A stretch of DNA of 64,000 nucleotides from Polyangium sp. (GTDB lineage: Bacteria; Myxococcota_A; Polyangia; Polyangiales; Polyangiaceae). Of this stretch, positions 48,200 through 58,616 are shown piece by piece. The position numbers and the translations under genes were made by a program. The first letter of the stretch is position 1. Each line of letters begins with the position of its first letter. A model generated the notes under the pieces. The model was given only the letters and a program-made list of their open reading frames with translations, did no database searches and had not been told where the DNA came from. The stretch spans positions 6,596 to 70,595 of the forward strand of contig JBGAOI010000001.1 in assembly GCA_044221885.1 (NCBI GenBank), written 5' to 3'.

Positions 48200-49885
48200 A
48201 TGACTTACGATCTCCGTTCCGCCAAAGCCCCACGCCTTGCTGGTCGAGCCTTGGAAGCGGCCGCATTGGCCCTCGAAAACTCCGCAACGGGTTTGGTAGC
48301 TTCGCACAAGCTCTTGCAAGACTTGGGTATTTTGGATTTTCGCCGCGTTCCACTTGCTGAGCCACCGACCGTTGGGCCGGATTTGCCGCGTCTGGCGTCC
48401 ACGGATGGGTCAACGACGACGCCTGTGGACATCACAGATATCATTCGTCATGCCAAACCAACAGCCGGTTTTTCATTTGAATCTGTTGCGGATTTCCATG
48501 CAGCGTATCGGTCAGGACAAACAGATCCTGTTGCGGTAGCCGAACGATTTCTCGCTGCGGCCAAGCGACTCGATTCTGGCGCAGGTGCAATGCACGTTTT
48601 CATCGAGCGAAATGCTGATGATGTGATGGCCCAAGCGACGGCGAGTCGCGAGCGATTTCGGCGCAATGAACCTCTCGGGCCATTCGACGGCGTGCCCATT
48701 ACGGTCAAAGATGAATTGGATGTGGCGGGATATACGACGACCGTGGGTACACGATTTTTGAAAAATCGTCCCACGAACGACGCGGCGACGGTCGCTCGTA
48801 TGCGCAAAGCCGGCGCTATGATTCTCGGTAAAGTCAACATGTACGAGATTGGCATCGACACGTCGGGATTTAATGCGCATCATGGAACTCCGACAAACCC
48901 TTATGCTCCGGGTTGTTACCCGGGAGGTTCCTCGAGCGGTTCCGCAGCGAGCGTTGCGGCGGGTTTTTGCCCCGTTTCCGTTGGTGCCGACGGCGGTGGT
49001 TCCATTCGTATTCCAGCAGCTTTATGCGGAATCGTCGGACTAAAAGCCACCTGGAGCCGCATATCGGAACTCGGTGCATATCCGCTTTGTGGCAGTGTCG
49101 GGCACGTTGGGCCATTGGGCGCAACCGTACGCGATGTCGCTATGGCGTATGCGCTCATGGCCGGCCCTGAAGTGGGCGATCACGATTCGCTTTATCAACC
49201 ACCAGTGCATTTGACGGGCCTCGATGACGGCGATTTGCGGAACTTGCGTATTGGGTTTTACCGGCCGTGGGTCGAACATGCTTTGCCAGAAGTAACTCGT
49301 TCGGTGTGGGATGCGCTCGACGTATTGCGTGAACGAGGCGCAAAGATTGAAGAAATCACGATTCCCGAGCTTGATTACGCGCGAATTGCACAAGCCGTGA
49401 CGATTCTTTCCGAAATGGCCACGTGCATGGAGCAATTCGACGCTACGCATCGACGCGATTATGGTCTGGGCGTGCGCATCAATTTGGCTCTCGCGCGATC
49501 ACTTACAGCGCGCGATTATGTGCAGGCGCAGCGCATGCGGACACGGTTTCAGAGACACTTGGCGAAAGTCTTCGAGCAAGTCGATGTCGTCATGAGTCCC
49601 ACGACAGCATTGCCTGCACCGCCCATTGCAAAAGACGTATTTCCGCGCGGCGAAAGCAATCTCGACGTGACAAGTGGCCTCATGCGTTTTGCATTTCCAG
49701 CAAATCTCGCCGGAAACCCCGCATTGACGGTTCCCGGCGGATATGACGCCCAAACCCGGCCCATAGGTATTCAATTTATGGGTCGCCCGTGGGAGGAACA
49801 TGTTCTTCTGCGGGTCGGTGAAGTGCTCGAACGTCACGTCGTTCGCAAACCGCCCGTCGTCTACACGCGACTCTTGCGCGGTTGA
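48200..49885 (+). CDS. Amidase signature family (FAAH-like)
   Basis: VKD, GGSSSGS, GADGGGSIRIP. Confidence 0.93.
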   Translation: MTYDLRSAKAPRLAGRALEAAALALENSATGLVASHKLLQDLGILDFRRVPLAEPPTVGPDLPRLASTDGSTTTPVDITDIIRHAKPTAGFSFESVADFHAAYRSGQTDPVAVAERFLAAAKRLDSGAGAMHVFIERNADDVMAQATASRERFRRNEPLGPFDGVPITVKDELDVAGYTTTVGTRFLKNRPTNDAATVARMRKAGAMILGKVNMYEIGIDTSGFNAHHGTPTNPYAPGCYPGGSSSGSAASVAAGFCPVSVGADGGGSIRIPAALCGIVGLKATWSRISELGAYPLCGSVGHVGPLGATVRDVAMAYALMAGPEVGDHDSLYQPPVHLTGLDDGDLRNLRIGFYRPWVEHALPEVTRSVWDALDVLRERGAKIEEITIPELDYARIAQAVTILSEMATCMEQFDATHRRDYGLGVRINLALARSLTARDYVQAQRMRTRFQRHLAKVFEQVDVVMSPTTALPAPPIAKDVFPRGESNLDVTSGLMRFAFPANLAGNPALTVPGGYDAQTRPIGIQFMGRPWEEHVLLRVGEVLERHVVRKPPVVYTRLLRG

Positions 49886-49949
49886 ACCGAACGAGCCTGC
49901 GAAGTTTTACTCTGGAATCGGATACGTTCTTGAAGTAAAGATCCTCATC

Positions 49950-50933
49950 ATGGTCAAAGCAGCGTCTTTCGTGCTCTGTTCACTGTTCGTTTTGGGCCTT
50001 GGATGTGCGGGCACTCCGCCAGCGAAAGACCCGGATCTATCATCGGATTCGTCTTCGGACACATCGTCGACGACGTCTGGAGCCTCGTCAGGTGACGACA
50101 AGCAAAACGCTTCGGACAAAACTGCGGATACGAAATCAGACGCGCCGCCGAAGTCGAACAAGCCAGACACGCCGCCGGAGCCACAAGAAGCTCCACCGAA
50201 ACCCATGATTTCGTGCGAACCGGCACCGGGTTCGAAAGCGCCGACGAAAAAGCTCGAAATGACCATCGACCGCGCGCAGGTCAACCTCGATGATCATCGA
50301 TTGGAAGTCAAACTGAATCAACCCGCGTGCAAAGTTGAGCTCAAGGTCATTGGTGAGTCCGGACGCACCATTGCAGACACTGCAAAAGGATTCAATGGCG
50401 CTGCGGCAGGTTCAACCCTGACCGTAAATTGGGTACCCGCGCAAATCGAGCCGATTTTGAAGATCGAGGTCTGGGGACACGACACGGCGGGACGATACAC
50501 AGGCATTCAAATCACGCCCTGGAATGTATCGATCGATCACGAAGAGGTCAATTTCGAGACCGATTCGGATGCCATCCGTGATTCAGAAGTGCCGAAACTT
50601 CAAGCGAGTCTCGACAAGATCAAAGAAATCGCGAATCGGCACAAAGACTTGCCCTCGATTGCGCTCTATATCGCCGGCCATACCGATACGGTGGGCAGTC
50701 CCGAGCATAACCTCACGCTTTCGCGTAAACGCGCGCGCTCGATTGCCGCCTGGTTTCGCAGCAAGGGATTAAAGATGCCGGTTTCTTTTGAAGGATTCGG
50801 CGAGCACACGCCCATTGTAAAAACGGGCGATGAAGTTGCTGAAGCTCGCAATCGCCGCGTCGATTACATTCTGTCGCTCGAACCGCCGCGATTGCAAACC
50901 GGCCCCGTTTCTTTTGCGTGGCGCGGGTTGTGA
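49950..50933 (+). CDS. OmpA-domain lipoprotein
   Basis: Lipobox LGC; VNFETD, GHTD..G....N..LS.KRA, GFGE, NRRVD. Confidence 0.88.
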   Translation: MVKAASFVLCSLFVLGLGCAGTPPAKDPDLSSDSSSDTSSTTSGASSGDDKQNASDKTADTKSDAPPKSNKPDTPPEPQEAPPKPMISCEPAPGSKAPTKKLEMTIDRAQVNLDDHRLEVKLNQPACKVELKVIGESGRTIADTAKGFNGAAAGSTLTVNWVPAQIEPILKIEVWGHDTAGRYTGIQITPWNVSIDHEEVNFETDSDAIRDSEVPKLQASLDKIKEIANRHKDLPSIALYIAGHTDTVGSPEHNLTLSRKRARSIAAWFRSKGLKMPVSFEGFGEHTPIVKTGDEVAEARNRRVDYILSLEPPRLQTGPVSFAWRGL

Positions 50934-50938
50934 CGCTG

Positions 50939-51060
50939 GGTGACTGGTGTCAAACGTCGCGAGCGACCGAAAGCTAGGGCGAGGGAGCGATGAATACTGC
51001 CGTATTCGGAGCGACGTCGACCGACGATTTCGGGCGCGTAGCCCTTTGACACCAGCTACC
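50939..51060. mobile_element. MITE-like element with terminal inverted repeats
   Basis: Perfect 11-bp IR CTGGTGTCAAA (50944-50954) / TTTGACACCAG (51045-51055), extendable to 14/16 bp; internal hairpin GAATAC-TGCC-GTATTC; non-coding. Confidence 0.55.
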
Positions 51061-52085
51061 TATTTCGGTAAAACCTCGACAAGCACATCGTCCGGTTTCG
51101 TTTCGTGAAACCGGATGGTCGTCCCCAAAAACATACGAATCACTTCCGCCTGCGTACGCGTGTGGTCCGAAAGCGCGACCGTGCGATACGCGCCGCCTTT
51201 TCCCAAAGCCATCGGCAAAAGAATCTGATCGGCAAGATGTTCACCAATCGGAACGTCCGCATTGGCATGTCGTTCCACTTCTTTGGCCAATGTTTCAGCG
51301 ACGACTTCAGAACGAACACCGCGTTCCCCGAGGTTCGTGAATACTTCGGTCACGTTTTCGCAAATCAAATCGGCTACCAAAGCATTACCTGGCCCCGGGC
51401 TGTTTTTGACGACTTCGGGTCGAGCATTCGCTTTGTTCCACCACGGCAATGCAGCGCAAAACGTTTCCACTTCACGAACACCCACGATGCCCGGGATTTG
51501 TGAGACGAGCGCTCGCAATTGCGTATCCACGATTTTCCCACGTTCGCGAAGCACCAATTCGCCAAGAGGTGCCCCGCCATGAACCGTCACTTCGAGTTTT
51601 CCACCTCCGGCCGGGTAAAACCCATGTGTGTGCAAAACGCCGGAAACATTGGCTCCAAGACGTCGGACGAGCGGGAAAAACGCGCGTTCAATGAAATCCC
51701 AGGGCGGAGCCATGCCATTGTGGGTTCCCCCTTCGAGCGACAAAGTGGAGGTTCCTTCGGCAAGCAACAATGCCGGAAGCACGGTTTGGAGCACGAGCGT
51801 CGTGCTTCCAGCACTGCCAATCGCGAATTGATACGCCCCAGAACGCGTTTTTCCGGGTTGAAAAACCAGTTCGCGTGAACCGAGTTCATCGCCCGATAAC
51901 GTCGCCCCGGAGACCTGTGCCGCCGCGCGTACGGAGCACAGGTGCTGCCGCATGAGGCCCGGACGAGACCTTCGCGCTCGAATTGAATGCAAACGAAAAG
52001 GTTGTCCGGTCACCATCGACAAACAGAGCGACGTGCGGAGAATTTGCCCGCCACCTTCTCCGGCGGATCCATCGAGGGTCAACAT
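51060..52085 (-). CDS. rtcA: RNA 3'-terminal phosphate cyclase
   Basis: DGSAGEGGGQILRT, RPGLMRQH, GGTHN..APP, GFYPAGGG, catalytic GEHLADQ. Confidence 0.97.
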   Translation of the reverse strand: MLTLDGSAGEGGGQILRTSLCLSMVTGQPFRLHSIRARRSRPGLMRQHLCSVRAAAQVSGATLSGDELGSRELVFQPGKTRSGAYQFAIGSAGSTTLVLQTVLPALLLAEGTSTLSLEGGTHNGMAPPWDFIERAFFPLVRRLGANVSGVLHTHGFYPAGGGKLEVTVHGGAPLGELVLRERGKIVDTQLRALVSQIPGIVGVREVETFCAALPWWNKANARPEVVKNSPGPGNALVADLICENVTEVFTNLGERGVRSEVVAETLAKEVERHANADVPIGEHLADQILLPMALGKGGAYRTVALSDHTRTQAEVIRMFLGTTIRFHETKPDDVLVEVLPK

Positions 52086-52089
52086 GGTT

Positions 52090-53316
52090 TTACCCTTTCA
52101 CACAAACCACTTGGCGTAACGTATGAACGATATCGACGAGATCCGCTTGGGCTTGCATCACGTCGTCAATGGACTTGTACGCACCAGGCGTCTCATCGAT
52201 CACGTCCGCATCTTTGCGGCATTCGATTCCCGCCGTCATGCGTGCGTGATCCTCGAGGGAAAACGCCTTTTTTGCGGCCGTACGCGACATTTTGCGCCCC
52301 GCGCCGTGGCTACACGAGCAAAACGATTGCGGATTTCCCTTCCCACGCACAATGAAGCTTTTGGCACCCATGCTTCCAGGAATGATTCCAAGTTCTCCTT
52401 CACCCGCACGCACGGCACCTTTACGCGTTACCCAAACGTTTTTCCCGTAATGATGCTCTTTCGCCACGTAGTTATGGTGGCAATTCACGGCTTCGCTTCC
52501 CAACTCGAACGCCGGCAAAATTCCCGTTTTACGTACGGCATCGAGCGTCGCGTCCATCATGAGCGCTCGGTTTGTCCGAGCGAAGTCCTGCGCCCACTTC
52601 AAGGCGTCGTAATACGCGCCGAAATGATCCGAACCTTCGGGCAAATACGCAAGGTCCATGTCGGGCAACTGAATCATCCAGCGCTCCATTTCCCGTTTTG
52701 CTCGTTCAATGAACAAGCTTCCGATGCGATTTCCCACTCCGCGCGAACCCGAATGCAACATGAACCAAACGTGATCCCGTTCGTCCAGGCACATTTCGAT
52801 AAAATGGTTTCCCGTACCGAGCGTACCCAAATGTTCGGGCGTCACACCGCGACCGATCGTTGGATCTCGCTCGACGATACGCTTGAATCCAGGTTCGAGT
52901 TCTTTCCAAGCATCAGCAACGCGGGTTGGCACATTTCCCCAAGCACCACGATCCCCAGGGCCGCCGTTATTGGTGCGTCCGTGTGGAACAGCCGCTTCAA
53001 TGGCGGAACGCAATTCTTTCAAATCGTCGGGCAATTGCGAAGCGGTCATCGTCGTTTCGACGGCAATCATTCCGCAACCGATATCCACTCCGACCGCGGC
53101 AGGAATAATGGCGCCATTCGTCGCAATCACGCTACCAACGGTCGCGCCTTTTCCCGCGTGAACGTCGGGCATAACGGCAACCCATTTGTAAATGAACGGC
53201 AAAGCAGCCACGCGACGCAATTGCGCTTCGGCTTCTGCTTCGAAGGGAACGCCTTTGGTCCACGCTTTCACAGGCACGCCAGCGGTTTCGAATGTCACAT
53301 GGGTCGAGTCGTTCAT
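52090..53316 (-). CDS. rtcB: RNA ligase RtcB
   Basis: MPDVH.GKG, VGVDIGCG, GTLGTGNHFIE, HSGSRG, CHHNY, PGSMG, SHGAGR, DETPGAYK. Confidence 0.98.
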   Translation of the reverse strand: MNDSTHVTFETAGVPVKAWTKGVPFEAEAEAQLRRVAALPFIYKWVAVMPDVHAGKGATVGSVIATNGAIIPAAVGVDIGCGMIAVETTMTASQLPDDLKELRSAIEAAVPHGRTNNGGPGDRGAWGNVPTRVADAWKELEPGFKRIVERDPTIGRGVTPEHLGTLGTGNHFIEMCLDERDHVWFMLHSGSRGVGNRIGSLFIERAKREMERWMIQLPDMDLAYLPEGSDHFGAYYDALKWAQDFARTNRALMMDATLDAVRKTGILPAFELGSEAVNCHHNYVAKEHHYGKNVWVTRKGAVRAGEGELGIIPGSMGAKSFIVRGKGNPQSFCSCSHGAGRKMSRTAAKKAFSLEDHARMTAGIECRKDADVIDETPGAYKSIDDVMQAQADLVDIVHTLRQVVCVKG

Positions 53317-53351
53317 GGTTGTATCCTCTGCGAGTTGTCGCGGGGATAGAA

Positions 53352-53367
53352 TGCACGAAGCGTGCCC
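53352..53367 (-). promoter_or_regulatory. Sigma54 -24/-12 promoter of rtcBA
   Basis: Minus strand GGGCACGCTTCGTGCA (GG-N10-GC); predicted +1 near 53341; expected for an RtcR-activated operon. Confidence 0.8.
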
Positions 53368-53453
53368 GCGATGAAAGGGGGCGATGAGGTCAAGTTCATA
53401 GACGCTTGGATAAAAAGCTATACAATTTGCCAAATTTGTGGTATTTCGCCTGC

Positions 53454-55085
53454 ATGCCTGCACGTCCGCTCGTTGTTTTCAGCATCCTTGGCACAACCCT
53501 CGACGCTGGTAAAGGCACAAGCCGTTGGGAGAAGTGGCGCCCGACCATTGCGCTCTGTCAACACGAAGATTTGCTCATTCACCGCTTGGTGCTTTTGCAC
53601 GACAAGCATTCGCGTGATTTAGCCGAGCAAGTCACGACCGATGTGCGTCACGTGTCGCCGGAGACGACGGTGGAGCAGGTGGAGCTTGCGTGGAAGGACC
53701 CTTGGGATTTTGAAGAGGTTTACGCAACCTTGCATGATTTGGCGCGAAATTACCATTTCAAGCCGGACCAAGAAGATTACCTCGTGCATTTGACCACGGG
53801 CACGCATGTGGCACAGATTTGTTTGTTTTTATTGACAGAATCGCGCTATTTGCCGGGACGCGTGGTGCAATCGGCCCCGCCGCGAAAAGAACGCAAAGTG
53901 GGAATCGATACGCCCGGAAGTTATGCCATCGTCGATTTGGACTTGTCTCGGTACGATCGCATCATGTCGCGATTTACGCGCGAGCGAAAAGAAGGGCAAA
54001 GTTTTCTCAAGGCTGGTATCGAAACAAGGAATTCGGCATTTAATCGGCTCATCGAGCGAATCGAGGAAGTCGCAAAGGCATCTCGGGCGCCCATATTGCT
54101 CATGGGCCCGACAGGCGCGGGGAAAAGTCAACTTGCGGCGCGCATTCATGAATTGAAGAAGGCGCGTCGACAAATTCAAGGCGAATTCGTACCCGTCAAT
54201 TGTGCTACGTTGCGCGGTGATTCCGCAATGGCCACCTTGTTTGGTCACAAGCGCGGTGCATTTACGGGCGCGGTGGCGGATCGCCCGGGTCTTTTGCGCA
54301 AAGCCGATGGTGGTCTGCTTTTTTTGGATGAAATCGGGGAACTCGGGCTCGACGAACAAGCGATGCTTCTTCGAGCAATCGAGCAAAAAGCATTTTACCC
54401 CGTTGGCGCAGATCAAGAAGTCAAAAGCGATTTCTTGTTGATTGCTGGAACGAATCGCGATCTGGGTGTACGTGCGGCCAAAGGTGAATTTCGCGAGGAT
54501 CTTTATGCACGCATCAATTTGTGGACGTTTCGTCTACCGGCATTACGTGAACGAACCGAAGACATCGAACCGAACCTCGATTACGAGTTGGAATTGGCAG
54601 CGCGGATCCTGGGCGTAAACATCACGATGAACAAAGCAGCCCGAGAAGCATTTTTGGATTTTGCGGTGTCCGGTCGAGCGTTGTGGATGGGCAATTTTCG
54701 CGATTTGAATGCCTGCGTCACGCGTATGGCCACGCTCGCGCCCGGCGGGCGCATCACCAAAGAAAACGTCGCGGAAGAAATCGAACGGCTCGAAGTGTCC
54801 TGGGCCAATGGGCGTACAGTTCGCCGCGACCAACCATTGGAAGATTTCGACCACGTACGGGACGTTCTCGGCCCGCGTGCGGACAAACTCGACCGATTCG
54901 ACCGGGTTCAATTGGAAGATGTGCTTCGAGTCTGTCGAGACGCACGAAGCATGAGCGAAGCGGGACGGGTGCTTTTTGCAGAATCGCGCAAAGATCGGAC
55001 AACGGTGAACGACGCGGATCGGTTGCGCAAATACTTGGCGCGTTTCGATGTCGAATGGAAAGACGTGACCGGCACGAAATCGTGA
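53454..55085 (+). CDS. rtcR: RNA-repair transcriptional activator RtcR (CARF + sigma54 AAA+)
   Basis: RWEKWRPT, DPWDFEEVY, TTGTHVAQI, LKAGIETRN, GPTGAGKS, LFGHKRGAFTGA, NDADRLRKYL; divergent from rtcB. Confidence 0.97.
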   Translation: MPARPLVVFSILGTTLDAGKGTSRWEKWRPTIALCQHEDLLIHRLVLLHDKHSRDLAEQVTTDVRHVSPETTVEQVELAWKDPWDFEEVYATLHDLARNYHFKPDQEDYLVHLTTGTHVAQICLFLLTESRYLPGRVVQSAPPRKERKVGIDTPGSYAIVDLDLSRYDRIMSRFTRERKEGQSFLKAGIETRNSAFNRLIERIEEVAKASRAPILLMGPTGAGKSQLAARIHELKKARRQIQGEFVPVNCATLRGDSAMATLFGHKRGAFTGAVADRPGLLRKADGGLLFLDEIGELGLDEQAMLLRAIEQKAFYPVGADQEVKSDFLLIAGTNRDLGVRAAKGEFREDLYARINLWTFRLPALRERTEDIEPNLDYELELAARILGVNITMNKAAREAFLDFAVSGRALWMGNFRDLNACVTRMATLAPGGRITKENVAEEIERLEVSWANGRTVRRDQPLEDFDHVRDVLGPRADKLDRFDRVQLEDVLRVCRDARSMSEAGRVLFAESRKDRTTVNDADRLRKYLARFDVEWKDVTGTKS

Positions 55086-55143
55086 CGTCGAAAAAACATT
55101 CCGCGTGCGTGAGCTCGCTACGTCGACTATAGAAGGCGCGTTT

Positions 55144-55947
55144 ATGCCTCGGATTTGGCTCTCCCCCGAATTGTCCTTCGTCGACCAGCATCCTCTGGCC
55201 TTGTTGGGGCTTTTTGTTTCGGGGTTTCTCGCGTCGGCCATCAACGCCGTTGCGGGAGGCGGGTCTCTCGTCACGTTTCCATTGTTCGTGGCGCTCGGGG
55301 TTCCTGCATTATCGGCGAATGCCACGACCGCGGTTGCATTATGGCCAGGATCGCTTGCAAGCGCTTTTGGATATCGGGATCAGCTTGCCGCGGCCAAGCA
55401 GAATTTGCCGTATCTTGTACCACCGACGATTCTGGGTGGTCTTTTTGGCGCGTGGTTATTGACGCATACGCCCGCGCGGCTTTTTCACTTGGTCGTTCCC
55501 GTATTGATTTTGCTCGCTACGTCGCTGCTTGCTTTTCAAACACAGATTCGGGCCAAAGTTCTGGGAACGAAAGCTCGTTTGCCGCTACCGGCAGGCATTT
55601 TTTTGCAATTCATGTTGAGTGTTTATGGCGGGTATTTTGGTGCAGGCATGGGCATCATCATGCTTGCCCTGTTTGGATTGTTCGTTGAAGGAACGTTACA
55701 CGAACACAATGCGTTGAAAAATGGTTTGGCTGTAACGGTCAATATCGTGGCGTCGTTGTTTTTTCTTCAAGCTGGGCTTTTGTGGATTGTTCCAGGTGTT
55801 TGTTGCATGCTGGGCGCAATCACGGGCGGATACTTGTCAGCTCGTCTCGCGACGCGAATCGATCCCGTCAAATTGCGGCGAGTCATCGTCGCGCTGGGAT
55901 TGACGATGACCGCGTGGTTTTTTTGGCAAGCATGGCATGGCGGATGA
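55144..55947 (+). CDS. TauE/SafE (TSUP) family transporter
   Basis: INAVAGGGSL, ANAT, YGGYFGAGMG; multi-TM. Confidence 0.9.
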   Translation: MPRIWLSPELSFVDQHPLALLGLFVSGFLASAINAVAGGGSLVTFPLFVALGVPALSANATTAVALWPGSLASAFGYRDQLAAAKQNLPYLVPPTILGGLFGAWLLTHTPARLFHLVVPVLILLATSLLAFQTQIRAKVLGTKARLPLPAGIFLQFMLSVYGGYFGAGMGIIMLALFGLFVEGTLHEHNALKNGLAVTVNIVASLFFLQAGLLWIVPGVCCMLGAITGGYLSARLATRIDPVKLRRVIVALGLTMTAWFFWQAWHGG

Positions 55948-55978
55948 TCGCTCAATCGGGCGATGATAGCCTGCAAAA

Positions 55979-56455
55979 TCACAAGCCCAAATCGCTCAAC
56001 CCCGGATGATCATCGGGCCGCCGACCCAATGGCCAATGATACTTTCGCTCCTGCTCGGCAATGGGCAAGTCATTGATACTCGCGTGACGAACACGCATCA
56101 ATCCTCGTTCATCGAATTCCCAATTCTCGTTTCCGTAAGACCGAAACCAATGACCTGAATCGTCGTGCCATTCGTAAGCGAAACGCACGGCAATACGATT
56201 TGACTCAAACGCCCAGATCTCTTTGATGAGCCGATAATCGAGCTCTCGCTTCCATTTACGTTCGAGAAACGCTTGAATTTCAGCGCGACCATTCAAGAAT
56301 TCGGCGCGATTTCGCCAGCGGCTATTTTCGGTATACGCAAGCACGACTCGCGCTGGATCACGAAGATTCCACGCATCTTCGGCCATACGTACTTTTTGTA
56401 GGGCAGTTTCACGCGTAAATGGAGGAAATGGCGGCCGCGCGGTGGGATCGTTCAC
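55979..56455 (-). CDS. DUF1348 (NTF2/SnoaL-like) protein
   Basis: [45 protein letters not shown]. Confidence 0.92.
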   Translation of the reverse strand: MNDPTARPPFPPFTRETALQKVRMAEDAWNLRDPARVVLAYTENSRWRNRAEFLNGRAEIQAFLERKWKRELDYRLIKEIWAFESNRIAVRFAYEWHDDSGHWFRSYGNENWEFDERGLMRVRHASINDLPIAEQERKYHWPLGRRPDDHPGLSDLGL

Positions 56456-56475
56456 GAGTTTTCCTTATTCATTCT

Positions 56476-58560
56476 TCAGAGGTCCAAAATGAGGGCGTTT
56501 TCTGTATCTTCCGATTCTGCGGGTACGGCACAACAAATCAGAGCTTCGTCGGGACGAAGTCGCAATGCTGGCGGATTGGCATAATGAACGCTGCCTTGTA
56601 AAACGCGCGTTTTACACGTTCCGCAAGAGCCGCCGCGACAACTGAATTCCGGTGTCAGTCCGGATTGTTCAGCAAAATCCAAGAGGCTCCCTTGTCCCGG
56701 CAAAAACCTAGCCTCTTTGCCCGCGCGCGCAAAACGAACATTCACCGGAGTTGTTGCTGCGGGTTTTTGCGTGGCATAAGGCGATATTGTACCAGCATCG
56801 AGCCGACGGCGTAATGTCGACGGGCCAAACTGCTCGGCATGAATACGATCATCCGGGATACGCATCTCACGCAAGCCATCATAAACGCTTTGGGTAAAGG
56901 CTGCGGGTCCACAGAGATAGAAATCGAAATCATCGAATGGAAGAATTGTTTTCAAAAGCGCGACGTCGATATGACCCATCCTATCGTAATCCACGCCTTT
57001 GCGCGCCGACTCTTCGGGTCGACTCAAAACGCGGACGACGGTCAGGGCCGCACCAGCCTGGGCCGCCAATTCCTGAATTTCTTTATCGAAGGCTCGTTCG
57101 GCCAGGTTACGCGCGCCATACACGAAAAACGTGCGCCGCATACGTCGCTTGCGTCGCCCTTCATACACCAGATGCCGCAACATGGAAAGAAGCGGCGTGA
57201 TTCCAATACCTGCCGCCAGAAGGACCGCGGGTCTATCGACCGCATTATCCAAGACAAACTCCCCCTGAGGTCCCCGAGTATCCAAAAAGGAGCCGACTTG
57301 CATTTGGTCGTGAAGGTGCCCAGAAACGACGCCTTCGCGTTTTACGCTGATTCGCAAAAACGTATCGGACGGAGCTGATGAAAAGCTGTAGGTGCGTAAA
57401 AGTGTTTCTTTTCCTTCGGGTTTGACCCGCAACAGAGCATGTTGTCCTGGCTGATAACTCGGTATACCCGCACCATCCTGCGGCTCGAGGTAATAAGAGA
57501 CGACACCTGCACTTTCCTTTTCAATGCGCGCAATGCGGTGCGGCCGAAAATTCGAGCCAAGTTCGTTGGCGGATTTTCTCGCCCGTGCCTGCTCCCACGA
57601 ACCCATCATGGTGCTATTGGGTGAAAATTCACGAAATTGCGCACGCAACGAAAGGGCATTACGCCGACGAATCACCTTGTAGACATGGAGGCGCAACAAA
57701 CGTTCTGCGCCTTGAAATGCGGCAACATCCGGACCATCAAAGATGATTTCCGCCCGAGCACAAACCTGCAAAATGGTCCCACTTTCAAAGTCGATGAAAA
57801 GCAATCCCGCCAAAGGATTGATCAGAAGATTGCCCAGGGTGTTGAAATGGAAATTGCCGGGAAAATCCGGGATCGTCAACAAATCACCATCGACGTCGAC
57901 GAAGCCGGTTTTACCGCCACGATGCGAAACATCCACAGCGCGCTTGTTCGCAATTCCATCGGGATCCACGTAACTCGCAATAAAACAAGTATCGGCGGCA
58001 CGAATGAAATTCTGCGCTTCGGCATCCAAACGGCTCAGTGTCTCGACGGTCGGATCCAAAATCGCGTCGACGTTGTCCCACGTGACATCGCGAAGCTGAA
58101 TGTATTGAGGGCAATTTCCAAAAGAATGCTCGACTTCGACGGAAAAACCCCCTTCGTCTCGAGAATGGATACGGCCATTCATTCGATTACGACGACGGGT
58201 GTGCAATTCAATACCCAAAAGCCCAACGGGGTTGCCCGTGTTTAGGTTCGAAGCCGCCGGATCGCTCGACTGAAGTTTCACCTGAAAGGACAAATGGCGC
58301 GGATCTGGCGACCCGACGAATCCAGGTTTTCCTTCGAGAACACTCGCCCACGCATTCCCTTCCGCGTCCACCGTTCCCAAGAGCATGAACGGAAGCTGCG
58401 CATAAAAAGTGCGATGTTGATCGGGCATGTAATCGCGAATGACGCGACGCCCCGAAGCCTCCATCCGGGCATCCATGCCCAGGCGTTGTTGAATGAGCTT
58501 TTCGCCGGCATGCCAAGGAGACGGGCTTATCGGCTCCGGAAGATGATTGTCTTGACTCAT
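56476..58560 (-). CDS. Pyridoxamine-5'-phosphate-oxidase-like / FAD-NAD(P) reductase / 2Fe-2S fusion oxidoreductase
   Basis: TRRRNRMNG, GNCPQYIQ, DVSHRGG, RTYSFSS, GIGITP, YLCGP, CRGGSCGTC...C. Confidence 0.9.
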   Translation of the reverse strand: MSQDNHLPEPISPSPWHAGEKLIQQRLGMDARMEASGRRVIRDYMPDQHRTFYAQLPFMLLGTVDAEGNAWASVLEGKPGFVGSPDPRHLSFQVKLQSSDPAASNLNTGNPVGLLGIELHTRRRNRMNGRIHSRDEGGFSVEVEHSFGNCPQYIQLRDVTWDNVDAILDPTVETLSRLDAEAQNFIRAADTCFIASYVDPDGIANKRAVDVSHRGGKTGFVDVDGDLLTIPDFPGNFHFNTLGNLLINPLAGLLFIDFESGTILQVCARAEIIFDGPDVAAFQGAERLLRLHVYKVIRRRNALSLRAQFREFSPNSTMMGSWEQARARKSANELGSNFRPHRIARIEKESAGVVSYYLEPQDGAGIPSYQPGQHALLRVKPEGKETLLRTYSFSSAPSDTFLRISVKREGVVSGHLHDQMQVGSFLDTRGPQGEFVLDNAVDRPAVLLAAGIGITPLLSMLRHLVYEGRRKRRMRRTFFVYGARNLAERAFDKEIQELAAQAGAALTVVRVLSRPEESARKGVDYDRMGHIDVALLKTILPFDDFDFYLCGPAAFTQSVYDGLREMRIPDDRIHAEQFGPSTLRRRLDAGTISPYATQKPAATTPVNVRFARAGKEARFLPGQGSLLDFAEQSGLTPEFSCRGGSCGTCKTRVLQGSVHYANPPALRLRPDEALICCAVPAESEDTENALILDL

Positions 58561-58616
58561 GAAATTGCCTCAAAAAACAGTCGGCATGTTAATGGTTGCG
58601 TCGTCTCCAAGCCGCG

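Noticed and set aside
47112-48413. 433-aa minus-strand ORF
   Set aside because: Antisense shadow of the channel gene.
52123-53349. 408-aa plus-strand ORF opposite rtcB
   Set aside because: Antisense shadow typical of high-GC codon bias; no recognisable domain.
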